The notes under the pieces: model-generated
Databases searched by the model: none
What the model saw: only the letters and a program-made list of their open reading frames with translations
What the model was told of the DNA's origin: nothing
Origin: Marsupella aquatica
Lineage: Eukaryota; Plantae; Marchantiophyta
Assembly (NCBI GenBank): GCA_973895155.1
Contig: OZ316892.1
Span: 26,683,233-26,747,232 of the forward strand
Length of the DNA: 64,000 nucleotides
Direction: 5' to 3'
Part shown: positions 36,701 to 48,452 of the stretch, piece after piece
Layout of the letters: the number at the start of each line of letters is the position of its first letter
Numbering within the stretch: position 1 is the first letter of the stretch
Made by a program: the position numbers and the translations under genes

Positions 36701-39700
36701 ATCCTGCTACCAAGTGTATTAAACATGTACCTCCAAGTGATACTATTCCCAGAGGCATTGGAAACCTGACATGGAATCTGCATGTTGGATGCAGCATTCT
36801 ATGATTCTTTGGTCGAGACGGCCCATTCGACATCATTGATGTCTTGTCTGCAATACGCATAGATTCAGTAAAATTCTTGCATGAGTAAACTGAATTCTAA
36901 CTGTTCAGAATGAGTTATTGTTTCTTTTGCGTTCAGATTCTTCGTGAATGAAATCTTTTAGCTCTGAGAGTAGCACTTCGATCAGTCCATCATTATATAT
37001 AGATATATATAGAGAGAGAGTATAGATACATAGATAGCTATTTTGACAGAAGAACCTTTCACCTTGATAGATATCATGCACACTTAATTTTCTTAGAAAG
37101 GTTCATGCAAATTATGCACCTAAATCATCTGCGTGCCAGGCCAGCGTGACGAGTGGGTTCGAAAAGCTGCAGAGCAGTTTTCTTGGACAATGTGTATTCT
37201 TCTACAGATCACCAAAAGAGAGTAAGACCCCGCTCCCTACTGTAGTTGATGCGGTTTCAGAACGGGTTATTTCATTATTTAAGTAATGCATAAGCTGGCT
37301 GGTCGGACCCAGTGTTTCAACTTTATGGGTATCTTGACTGACCTGTCGGCCCGTTAAAGCGTGATGGTACCTCCATGTACAGAAAATAAGAAAGTTGCAG
37401 CTCAAGTTATAACTCTGTGCCGTTCACTCATGCATGGAACTCATTATACATGCAGTGTCGGAACTATGCCTTTTCGAGTTTCCACAGACCTCTAATGCAT
37501 TTCGTGGATTCCCTCATGCAGGATAATGATTTCATGGGACTTTACGCTAGACTACCTTTGCAACTTCAGTGTGGCTTGGAGTACACATGAATTGGAGCCT
37601 TATAAACACATGGCACCAGAGCTTCCAGCTTAGTGCATTCGGCACCGCCTTCGACAGCGCAAACATCCTGACGAAAGTTAAGGTGTGAAGTCGACTTGCT
37701 TTGGAAGATCAAGAGGGCCCACAATGCTAGCACCTGAAGCGCGACTGATGGACACTTTCCTCTGCCACAATTATACGAGCTATGGTTAAACGAAAGATCA
37801 AATGAAGGTAGTCATACTTCCGGTGTTCACATTCACCATCTCATTAGGATTTTCAAGCTCCATTGATGGCCTAGCATGTCAGCTGTACAGTATTAATTTG
37901 TATTCTCCGCACCCGGGAGGTATGATGAGAACTAAATTATATTCTATTTTCCCCTTCAATTCTATATATTTAGAGGATGAAAGGAAAATTGAGACATTAG
38001 AGATTTATCATATCTTGAGCGACTTTAAATCGAATGTATAAGAGTTGCCAAAGAAATCTTGGCCAGTGAGCGAAAGATACAGATGTTGCCTTGGAACAGT
38101 GATCGACACTTTAGTCTCATTTAAAAGTTGCGAAATCGAAAGGGTAATGAAGCTGCTTATCGTACTAATTCACGCCGAGGTCATTACAGGGCTCCGTTTC
38201 ATGACATCTGAGGACTGGTGTGAAAAATCACAACAGGATTTAAGGGAATTTAATATGATACTGAAATCAAATGAACTAAGCGGAGCTAGAAATTAAACAA
38301 ATGACTGCTACTCTGACGCCCTTCTCTCGAGATCCTTTACATGATTGTGACAAAACCGTGAATTACAGATCATGCATAAGATTTATCACCAGGACAGGTT
38401 CGACATGAATGTCTGTCGCTGTTCATGCCGTTCACTGAGGTGGGATGGGAGAAAGCGACGACCTTCAATCTCTGTTGGTTAGACTTCTATTAGGAATCCG
38501 CGCGCAGGTGGTCGAAGTGTGGTCTCTGACATAGAAACTTATAGTTTAGAAGAGATTCTTAAAGCGGAGGGGGTGATGATATTCTCCTGGCAAAGGCTAC
38601 AAAGTCTCAGAACGGCTCACTTATGAAATCTTAGGCATGATTATAATTTACATTATTACTTCTGTCGATGAATGGTAAGTGAATTTGTCAGAAACTTTAT
38701 AGTGTTCCAGTAAAGAGAGCTCAATCATAGATGGGATCATCGAGCTCCGGAGACATCTCGCAGAAAAATTCTAGAGCTCTCACACAAGTGCTTCATTCTT
38801 AGCGCCCGGATGCTGGCTATGCATATACCGCAGTAGCTTTTGTAAGCTTGAATCGTGCGACATAAGGGAATATTTCTTTGACAAGTTGGCTAGAGAATCC
38901 TGCTTCTCCAGTGCTGGACTTAAGAGCCCTGCATGCAGTCAAAGTTGGACCACTTTTCTTGGATTAATTTCCCACCAGCAGCGAAAGTACTCACTACATC
39001 GTCGCTCAGCATTTTTCGAGATCGGGTTGAGCGCTCCAAGTTCACTCATCATTGCCACTCGTGACGCCTTCCCTGTTATACTTGTAGTTGAAAGCTTAAT
39101 TTACAGTAGCTGAGAAGCGTTAAAAATGGAGCAGCAGATACAAATATCACAGAAGGTGGTCTGATATATTATTCATAAAAGCCAACAATAATTTTACTGT
39201 AGATCCCCTATTTTTCTGCATTTTGAAGAGATCATTAGTTAGCTAGGCTCGATTGAAAGCATTTTTCCAAGCTTGTAGAAGCAATCAGCTTCTCAAACCG
39301 TCAACAAACATGCCCCGCTTCAAGGAAGCTTAAACACGTTCCACTTCAACTGCAGAAGCAAACTTGTTGATCGTGAGAAATGAATGCAGTACCAAGGTCC
39401 TATGAAGCAACTGATTCTTCCAGAATCAGCTTACCTAGCACGAAATAGACCGTCCAGGTATGAGTATTATCCCGTTGTGCAATGCCACAACCAAAAATGA
39501 TGACCTTCCCGCTCCCTTAAGGCACGTACAACAGGAAGGACAATTGAATAGCATGATTCCAACTCTTTGAGTGGCGCGCAGCCACGCATCCAGGCCGCCA
39601 AACCAGCAGCAGGGGTTGTACTTCAAAGGCATCACAAGTAGCAGGACTAGGCGTCTCCAGTCCTTGCCTAGCTTCTCCTACTTCCATTTATGTATAAAAT

Positions 39701-41957
39701 AGCTCCAACTCATTGCGATTCTGGTGTGGAGAAGCGTGAGGATGACAGTCTCCATTTATATACAACGACTTTGGCCTTCATCATATCATTGTTCTGTATG
39801 GTAACATTTCTAGGCCACAAAGCAGAGGCACGCCTGGACTGCTTCTTTGTTTGTTGGATGTCGTTATCTCTTCTTGCTGGCGAGAGATGATGTAGATCTG
39901 AGTATAAAGCTGATGATTGAAGCTAGCAAGCTCTTCCTGATTGCACTAGCTGAGCAAGCTCTTGCACTGAAGTAGAACAGTACTTTCCGAATGGGACGTA
40001 ACTCTCACTCTCCAAATGAGGCAGTCGGTTATTAAAGTTTGAAATACAAGTCAATCTGATGTGGTGCTTGGGTCTGAACTCATTGCGAAATAGAGCCAGA
40101 GGGAGTTTTCAGTGATCGGGATGTGCTTCCCTTCAGCATCAGAAGCAAGCAGTAAGTAAGTAGATTTGGGTAACTGTGGATGTTTTTGTCTATCAAGGTA
40201 CAAACATTCAGTCTCACCCGTTTGTATTATAATTCAAGACACCCAGGTAAATTAAGGTAGTAGAACTCTTCGAATCAGTTGGGTCTTCTCAACTGGTTAC
40301 CTTGATTTCAAACTCAGTGACCCACCCCTCCACCCAGCCCCAGTCTTCATTCCTTTCTTGATTTAAGTTCCATGAGAGGGACACATCTCCAGTGTCACTC
40401 ACCTGCTTGCAAGTACATACATGGATAGAAACCAGTCATCTTGGCTCTTCACAGAGCTGCCAGTATTTCAGCCTCTCAGCCAGTACCTATCACCCAGAGC
40501 AAGAGTTCTTTGATTTCTCCTTTCGATTGACAAGCCACAAGCCAGCCTAGACTATCAATCAGAGCTGGGGTCTTTGATTAATTTATCCTCCTGGTGAGTG
40601 CCCAAAATTTTGGTACCAAAGTATTCAATCTCTTCGCCTTGGTATCGTAATGAATAAAGTCAGCTCCAGAAAGTAGATTAGGGGCCTTCTTGCCGGTAGG
40701 CAGCCAGTTCTTTTGGTGCCCAGATTCCTTCTCCCTATGCTGTCATTTTGTTTTATTGAGAGTTCAGAGGTAGGGACCTCAAGAGCCAGAAAGTTTCAAA
40801 ACTTTGCCCTTACTTGGATCTCTTTTTTAAATGTAGTCAGGCCTGCCTCATGGGGGAATTAAGGCACGAAATGCTCGGACAGTCTATAATATGATGCAAA
40901 GAGTTTAAGTTTAGGGCTGCAAATGAAAGGACTTAAGGCTCCTTCTTTCTCTCTCCCTAGTGGTCATACCCAATACTAATTGAATGCAGGCTGAATCATG
41001 TGTAGCCTGCACTTCTGGTACATGGATGTGAACATTATTCACTACATTTGTATTCTTTGGATGCATATTCCTATACATTTGTGTTGGTTAAAATCCATGC
41101 CCCAAAATTGACAGAATAAATCTGAAGTATGCCATTAACTCCCTCCAAAGGTTGCTTTGTGAATGGATGATAACTCTTTTTGGCGGGATTGGATATTATA
41201 TGATGTAATTTACTTTTAGTTCTAGAGTGACTTAACTATTGTTGAGTGTGAGCCAACAAGCTCATAAATTCACTAGGCTTGGAGTGAACACATGGAATTG
41301 AGTTTTCACATTAGTTGAAATGGGGGAAATATGATTTCTACAAGCATAAACCTTTAGTAAATGACTTTTTCAGTTGAAAAGGAGGAAAAAATGATTTCTC
41401 CTAAAAGAATTTTAAAATTTTATTCTCCTGCATAGATTACAATCAGAAAAAAGATTCATTGAACCTATAGGTAAACCAGAGAAGTGACACTGTACCAGTG
41501 TACCAAAAACTACTCTGGAAACCTTGCAATCAGTATTACTTTAGTACAATTTTAGTGCTTCTTGAGATTCCATCTGGGCTGCCTCCAATTGTCTATTCAT
41601 GTATTTTGGATAATGTTGGATGACATGGGGATTCATTCATTTGTCATCTTTTCTACTTTTTCACATAAATCTTTTCTACTTTTTCATAGAAACATATGAG
41701 GATAGTCTTCTAAATCATTCCCTGCATCAACATCTACAACTATAATAAGGGATCCCATCTTTTTCTGTCCTTTGTCCCAGTACAAAAAAGCTCCTAGACA
41801 GGAAAGATCCACAGCCATTGGATTCGATTAGTAATTTTCCCTAACCATTGATAAAGGAAATGTGCACCCCTGGCATATATGTACTTCCCGCTGACCCATA
41901 AAGGCCTCCCTATGGGCCAGCCCTCCTTGCACAGTGCAAGGCACTGACATGGGGCTC

Positions 41958-42378
41958 TGTTGGGTATTTACTCTTACGTCTAGGTTAGGTATGATGTGGT
42001 TGGTACAACAACGTGGGTTGGTACAACTACGTGGTTAGGTACAACTACGTGATTAGGTACAACTATGTGGTTAGGTACAACTACGTGATTAGGTACAACT
42101 ATGTGGTTAGGTACAACTAAGTTGCACACTATATCATAAGAGGCATGTGTGCTTGGAGAGGTAGAACCAAGGCTCATTGTTATGGAGCCACTTGAGAGAT
42201 AGGGAGAGCTTACACTGTGGAGACTCGGTATAGCCGACGGGCTTAGAGTTCAGTAAAGCTCTCTTGTGTGTTCCCGTGGACGTAGCCTCAAGGAGGTGAA
42301 CCACGTATCTCTTGTGTCGACTATTGTGCGTTGGATGGTTCATGGGCTTGCCGTTGCGATCATCGTCTATGCTCAACA
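41958..42378 (+). repeat. 5' LTR (421 bp)
   Basis: Runs tgttgggtattta...gctcaaca. Differs from the 3' LTR at three positions by my reading, all CpG transitions. Confidence 0.97.
41996..42119 (+). promoter_or_regulatory. Seven 18-bp tandem repeats in LTR U3 (consensus TACGTGGTTAGGTACAAC); also present in the 3' LTR
   Basis: GTACAAC at 42003, 42021, 42039, 42057, 42075, 42093 and 42111, just upstream of a TATA-like ctatatcata (~42129). The regulatory role is inferred. Confidence 0.6.
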
Positions 42379-42380
42379 AT

Positions 42381-42392
42381 TGGTATCAGAGC
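42381..42392 (+). other. Primer-binding site for initiator tRNA-Met
   Basis: TGGTATCAGAGC two nt after the 5' LTR. Confidence 0.95.
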
Positions 42393-43532
42393 ATGCTTGG
42401 GAGGTGACGTGTGTTCGTGACGGGATTTCATGATGGTTTTTCCAGCGTTGAGTGTTGGTGGATTTTCCAGAGTTCCATCGCATGGAACTTGGAGTTTATG
42501 GGCTCAACGGATAGATCAGGGCAAGAGCTTTCTAACGGTGTGAAGAAATCGTTGAACGGAGCTCGTGGTGCAGAGAGATCTAAGTTTTCGTCATTCTGGA
42601 TTTTGTGAAGAAAGTTGGCAATCGACTCGGAGGGAGAAGCGTCAAGTGTTTTGACTCAACGGAGAGATTGAGGCAAGACGATTGTTTTTGAGTCCGGGAT
42701 TGGCTCTTTGATGCAAAGAGGAAGGCTAAGCAAAATCAATTACCTTGTTGGACTTGGTGACGGCACCAAGTGCAATTGATCAACATTCGTTGTTGACAAG
42801 GTACCATTTTTTTCTCTTTGAAAAACTGATTCGAAATTGGCTATGGCAATTGAGAGAAATCTGTCATCTTTACCAATTTTTTTCTCCCTCGTTCTTTCCT
42901 CGTTTTGGGTGCTTCTTATATCGATCTTCATCGCCTCGGAGTCTAGTTTCCAAATCTGAAATCGGATCTTGATTTCGTCAAAACCCGAGTGAGATATCTT
43001 GCGTTTGGTGTCGAGGGGTACATTCTGCCGTGTGTATTTTCTGCGCGCGCGACCAGATTTCGACGACGAAGGGTGGTAGGGGGTTTTGGGGGTTCGAGGA
43101 CACATGTCAGCCCCTCGATTGTTCTTCCAAAATTCCCACAGGGCCTGTACAAGGGTCATAGAATATTCCAAAAAACCAGAGAGCTATTTTTTGACCGTCC
43201 GACAAAGATTTCATCCGCCGAACGGTAACTTTTTTGGTTATTTTTCGGCGAGGTCGTAGCCATTGAAGTTGGCAATGCAGCGCACCAATCACATCGCAAT
43301 TCCGACAACGGGTTGTACTTGGTATTTCAGTTATTCCCTGAGGTGGTCAAAACGGGGGAGTTTCCCAAGGTTTTACCCACCTCGACCGAAATTTGAATAA
43401 CTTTTCCGTCAAATTTCAATTTTGATTTTGGTTTTCAGTATTGGACTCCTAGCTTTGTGGGCTACGCGGCGGTGTTGAGTTTCGAGTTTTTTGAGAAGTT
43501 GTGAAAAACAACATTTTTTGTGACTTTCTCAT

Positions 43533-44567
43533 ATGAGTGATTCGGAGGAGTTTTTCGAAGACGTGGAACTTGAAGCACGAGGATCACCGTGGAGGTTTCA
43601 GGGGCAGAGAGAGGAGCAGGAGGAAGAGCACGTGACACCGATACCATCACCGGTGCGGCGTGTGGTGGAGGAAGCAGTACTACTACCGGAGCTCACGGTA
43701 AAGAAGAAGATGGGGACTTTCAAGCTTGGGGGACCCAAGTATGAAGTGACAAAGTATGATGGGCGCTCTGACTACTTGCTATGGGAGAAGCAGGTGAAGG
43801 GAGTGCTTTATGCGTCAGGGATGGGCCAACTGCTGAGCCCTCGTGAAGACGATGTTGATGAGAAACAATGGGACCGCATGCAGGAGCAGGGAGTGTGGTG
43901 TGTTACACTCTATCTCATGCCTCCCATCATCAAGCAGTTAGGTGCACATAAGGATTGCATGTCCTTGTTTGCGGAATTGCAGAGCAAGTATCACCGCAAG
44001 GAGTTGTCGAACCGGCTCTACACTTCCTACAAACTGATGAGTTTCAGGATGAAGGAATCTGGTACGAAGTTGCAAGACCATGTGGATGCTTTCAACGACA
44101 TGGTCGTTGACTTGGAAAACCTTGGGGAGACTTTGAATGATGAGACGAAGGCTCTGCAGCTTCTTAGTTCATTGCCTCCATCTTACCAGTCCCTATCACG
44201 AGTGTTGTTGCATCGTGATAGGGATACCATTTCATACAATGACGTGGTAAGTTCTCTGCTTAGTGATGATCTTCAGCAGAAGATGCACATCACGTCACAG
44301 CCTTCATCATCTGGTGCTGCCCTCAATGTTAACCGTGGGAGGAGTATGCAGCGACCAACTGGGGACCGTAGAACCCAGTTTAGATCTAAATCCAGATCTA
44401 AGTCCAAGGGTAAATCCCCTCAGAGGAGGCAGGTGACATGTTGGAAGTGCAACCAAGTTGGACACTTCAAGCGAGACTATAAGGGAAAGGCAGCGGAAAC
44501 TTCATCGGCAAATGTGGCTAGGGCTGATGGAGAAGCTGATTTACTCAATGATGAGTATGTTTTATGA
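43533..44567 (+). CDS. gag: Copia Gag (UBN2-type gag domain; knuckle CWKC..H..Y with last Cys lost)
   Basis: KYDGRSDYLLWEKQV, LQDHVDAFNDMVVDL and LLSSLPPSY. Ends at TGA 44565, in frame with pol. Confidence 0.88.
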   Translation: MSDSEEFFEDVELEARGSPWRFQGQREEQEEEHVTPIPSPVRRVVEEAVLLPELTVKKKMGTFKLGGPKYEVTKYDGRSDYLLWEKQVKGVLYASGMGQLLSPREDDVDEKQWDRMQEQGVWCVTLYLMPPIIKQLGAHKDCMSLFAELQSKYHRKELSNRLYTSYKLMSFRMKESGTKLQDHVDAFNDMVVDLENLGETLNDETKALQLLSSLPPSYQSLSRVLLHRDRDTISYNDVVSSLLSDDLQQKMHITSQPSSSGAALNVNRGRSMQRPTGDRRTQFRSKSRSKSKGKSPQRRQVTCWKCNQVGHFKRDYKGKAAETSSANVARADGEADLLNDEYVL

Positions 44568-47500
44568 AGCCGGGGGTATGCCCTGTGCACGTCATCTAGG
44601 AGAGCAGATGATGTGTGGATTCTTGATTGTGCTTGCTCTTTTCATATTTGTTACATTCGTGAGTTTTTCAGTTCTTACTCTGTTTCAAACGGTTCAGTTC
44701 TGATGGGAAATGATCACTCCTGTCAAATTGAGGGAATTGGGTCTGTGAAGATTCAAATGTTTGATGGCGCTGTGCGCATAGTGTCCGGAGTCAGGTATGT
44801 ACCTGGCATGCGTAAGAATCTGATTTCACTCGGTGTGTTGGATTCAAATGGTCATCAATGGAGCGTTATTGATGGTGAACTTCAAGTCAGGTCGGGAGAG
44901 ACAGTGATTTTGAAGGGGAGTAGACAAAAGAATTTGTATGTGTTACAGGGCAATACTGTATGTGGAGAGGCCAATGTAACCAAGTCTCACGAGGAGATGA
45001 CTCAACTGTGGCATTCACGGCTAGGCCACATGAGTGAGAAGGGTTTGGCTATCTTACGGAAGAATGGACTCATTTCTGATTTGCAATCTTGTAAATTAAA
45101 GTTTTGTGAGCATTGCATTCTTGGAAAGCAGCATCGTCGTGCTTTTGGTGTTGGAACTCATCGTTCCAAAGCGGTTCTTGAGTACATACATAGTGACGTG
45201 TGGGGTCCATCCCCGACTCCCTCACACTCTGGAAAGTTGTACTATGTATCATTTATTGATGATTACTCAAGATTTGTGTGGATTTATTTCATGACGCATA
45301 AGTCTGATGTCTTGTCCATTTTTAAGAAGTGGAAGGCCCAGGTGGAGAATCAGACTGGAAACACGATCAAGTGTTTGGATACAAGGGTGAAGAGTCTGAG
45401 GTCAGACAACGGCAGGGAGTACACTTCAATGGAATTTGAAGAGTACTGTTCAGAACAGGGGATAACTCGTCATCTCACCACAGTTTATACTCCGCAGCAG
45501 AATGGTGTCGCTGAGAGGCTCAATCGGACACTGTTGGAGCGGTCACGGAGTATGTTGAGCCAATCAGGTTTACCACAAGAATTTTGGGCAGAAGCTGTCA
45601 ATACCGCAGCTTATTTGGTAAATCTTTCTCCTTCTAGTGCTATCAATTTCAAAACGCCGTTTGAGATGCGCTATAAGCGGCAAGCAGACTATCATGGCTT
45701 GGTAATTTTTGGAAGTGATGCATATGCTCTCACACCAAAGTAGAATAGGACCAAGTTGGATCCTACCTCCAGGAAATGTGTTTTTCTTGGGTACCAGAGT
45801 GGTGTGAAAACCTATAGGCTATGGGATCCTATTGCCTGTAAGCTCGTTGTCAGTAGGGATGTTTCCTTCAATGAATCCAGATTATTGAAGGAGGGGGAGA
45901 ATACTCAGGTCTCCCGTACTGACAAAGGAAAATCTCCTATCCCGGATCTCGTTGAGGGGGAGATTGGTTATGAGGTGCATGACCGGAGAGAAGGAGTTGC
46001 TCCAATTATGGAGCTGGTTCCTGTGCCAGAGGAACCAGAGGAGTTTGTTGATGCTGGTGAGCAACAAGTGGATGCTGTTGAGCTTCAAATTGTACCAGCA
46101 CACGCAGATCAACCGGAGTCATCGGCTAGAAGAACATCTGGTCGCACTGTACGCGCTCCATCAAGGTATGGACAGTGGGTTGATTCATCTCAACTGCAAG
46201 AGGATGATTTTACAGCTGATGATGAGGGTGATGCGTTAATTTTGGAAGAAGGAGAACCTTCTTCATTTCATGAGGCAAGTGCTTCAAAAGAGAAGCAGAA
46301 GTGGACTGCAGCAATGCAAACGGAGATGCAGTCACTAAAGGACAACAAAACTTGGGAGCTTGTTAAGCTGCCTAAGGGTCAGCAAGTGGTGGACAGCAAG
46401 TGGATTTACAAGCTGAAGGATAATTCCATAGGAGGTGGATCGAAGGTCTACAAGGCTAGATTGGTAGCAAAGGGATTCACACAAGAGAAAGGTGTGGATT
46501 ACAATGAGGTCTTCTCACCAGTTGCTAAGTACTCTACAATACGACTATTGTGTGTACTTGTTGTAATGTTTGGTCTGCTCCTAGATCAGATGGATGTTGT
46601 CATAGCTTTCCTCTATGGCACATTGGAAGAGGTGATCTTCATGAGACAACCGCTAGGTTTTGTGAAGAGAGGACAGGAGGAATTGGTTTGCAGATTGCTG
46701 AAATCCTTGTATGGGTTGAAGCAGTCACCAAGACAGTGGAACAAGCGGTTTGACGATTGGATTCGGTCACAAGGTTTTCACAGAAGTGTATTTGACCCTT
46801 GTGTGTATTTGAAACCGGTGAAGAATGTTGTCTTTGGGTTCATTGTTTTAGTACTTTATGTGGATGACATGCTAATTGCAGCCAAGGATAGGTCTGAGAT
46901 TGTTAAGCTCAAGGCACTGCTTAGTGCAGAGTTTAAGATGAAGGACTTAGGGCCAGCTAAGAGGATTTTGGGTATGGAGATCACTAGGGACTTGGAGGCT
47001 GGCAAGCTATGGTTGACGCAAAGCAGTTATGCGAGGAAGGTAATTGCAAGGTTCAACATGGAGAATAGCAAGCCAGTAAGTACCCCGTTGGCTCCACACT
47101 TCAAGTTATCATCAGCGTTCTGTCCTACGGATGACACAGAGAAGGGGTTGATGTCAAAGGTTCCATATGACAAGGCAGTGGGGAGTCTCATGTATTTGAT
47201 GACTTGCACTAGACCTGATCTTGCCATGGCTATGGGCAAGGTGAGCAGGTACATGTCGAATCCAGGGAAGGTACACTGGGAAGCAGTGAAGTGGATTATC
47301 AGGTACTTGAAGGGTACCGTGGATCATGGTCTTTTATTTGATGCGAATGCAAAGAATGCTAGATCATTGATTGGCTATGTAGATTCTGACTATGGACAAG
47401 ATTTGGACCGAAGGAGATCAACAACAGGATACGTGTTCACACTTGGCGGTGGATGCATAAGTTGGAGGTCTACTTTGCAGAAGTGTATTGCTCAGTCTAC

Positions 47501-47840
47501 TACAGAAGCGGAGTATGTTGCAGCTGCGGAAGCAGCAAAGGAAGCGATTTGGTTGGATAGACTTATCACTGAAATGGGATTGCCACAGGGGAATGTGAAG
47601 CTCCATTGTGATAGTCAAAGTGCGCTCCACCTTGCTGTGAACCAGGTGATGGACAGCAGAGTGAAGCACATTGACGTCAGGTACCATTTTATCAGGCAGG
47701 CTGTGTCTGATAATTTGTTTGAGCTAGTCAAGATTGATGGTAAACTCAACCCGGCTGACGCATTTACCAAAGTGATTCCTTTGGAGAGTTTCTCTAGACA
47801 CCGTGACGTATTGCAGGTTTTGCAATTGCAACACAAGTAG
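44568..47840 (+). pseudogene. pol: Copia Pol (protease, integrase, RT, RNase H) with one internal TAG
   Basis: WILDCACSFH (protease); WHSRLGH..CEHC, HSDVWG, FIDDYSR and NGVAERLNRTL (integrase); TAG at 45741 in PK*NRTKLD; YKARLVAKG, LYGLKQSPRQW and YVDDML (RT); YVDSDY and KHIDVRYHFIR (RNase H). All in one frame. Confidence 0.93.
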
Positions 47841-48020
47841 AGTTTTCTTAAACATTCATTGTAATTACTGATATATGCTCTTCCTCATTCCTATGTATTA
47901 GGCTACGGCTTAGTTCTGGTTTGCTCTAGTTAGAGAGGGAAACCGGTTTGGTTTCTGTCCAGAACTTCCCGCTGAGGGATCATATACATTGGCAGTATTA
48001 CTCTCCCCTAGACCAGAGTC

Positions 48021-48031
48021 AAGGGGAAGAT
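48021..48031 (+). other. Polypurine tract
   Basis: AAGGGGAAGAT immediately before the 3' LTR. Confidence 0.9.
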
Positions 48032-48452
48032 TGTTGGGTATTTACTCTTACGTCTAGGTTAGGTATGACGTGGTTGGTACAACAACGTGGGTTGGTACAA
48101 CTACGTGGTTAGGTACAACTATGTGATTAGGTACAACTATGTGGTTAGGTACAACTACGTGATTAGGTACAACTATGTGGTTAGGTACAACTAAGTTGCA
48201 CACTATATCATAAGAGGCATGTGTGCTTGGAGAGGTAGAACCAAGGCTCATTGTTATGGAGCCACTTGAGAGATAGGGAGAGCTTACACTGTGGAGACTC
48301 GGTATAGCCGACGGGCTTAGAGTTCAGTAAAGCTCTCTTGTGTGTTCCCGTGGACGTAGCCTCAAGGAGGTGAACCACGTATCTCTTGTGTCGACTATTG
48401 TGCGTTGGATGGTTCATGGGCTTGCCGTTGCGATCGTCGTCTATGCTCAACA
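48032..48452 (+). repeat. 3' LTR (421 bp)
   Basis: Direct repeat of 41958-42378, followed by the TSD GGCTC. Confidence 0.97.

Larger units (their letters stand above)
41958..48452 (+). mobile_element. Full-length Ty1/copia LTR retrotransposon (Tnt1/Tork-like; lineage call tentative)
   Basis: TG...CA LTRs; 5-bp TSD GGCTC at 41953-41957 and 48453-48457; PBS and PPT; domain order gag-PR-INT-RT-RH. Confidence 0.97.

Noticed and set aside
37540-37640. Protein kinase remnant suggested by YKHMAPEL
   Set aside because: No HRD, DFG or other kinase subdomain in any neighbouring frame.
41980-42177. Minus-strand VVPNH(I/V) repeat protein (also 48054..48251)
   Set aside because: Translation artefact of the 18-bp LTR tandem repeat.
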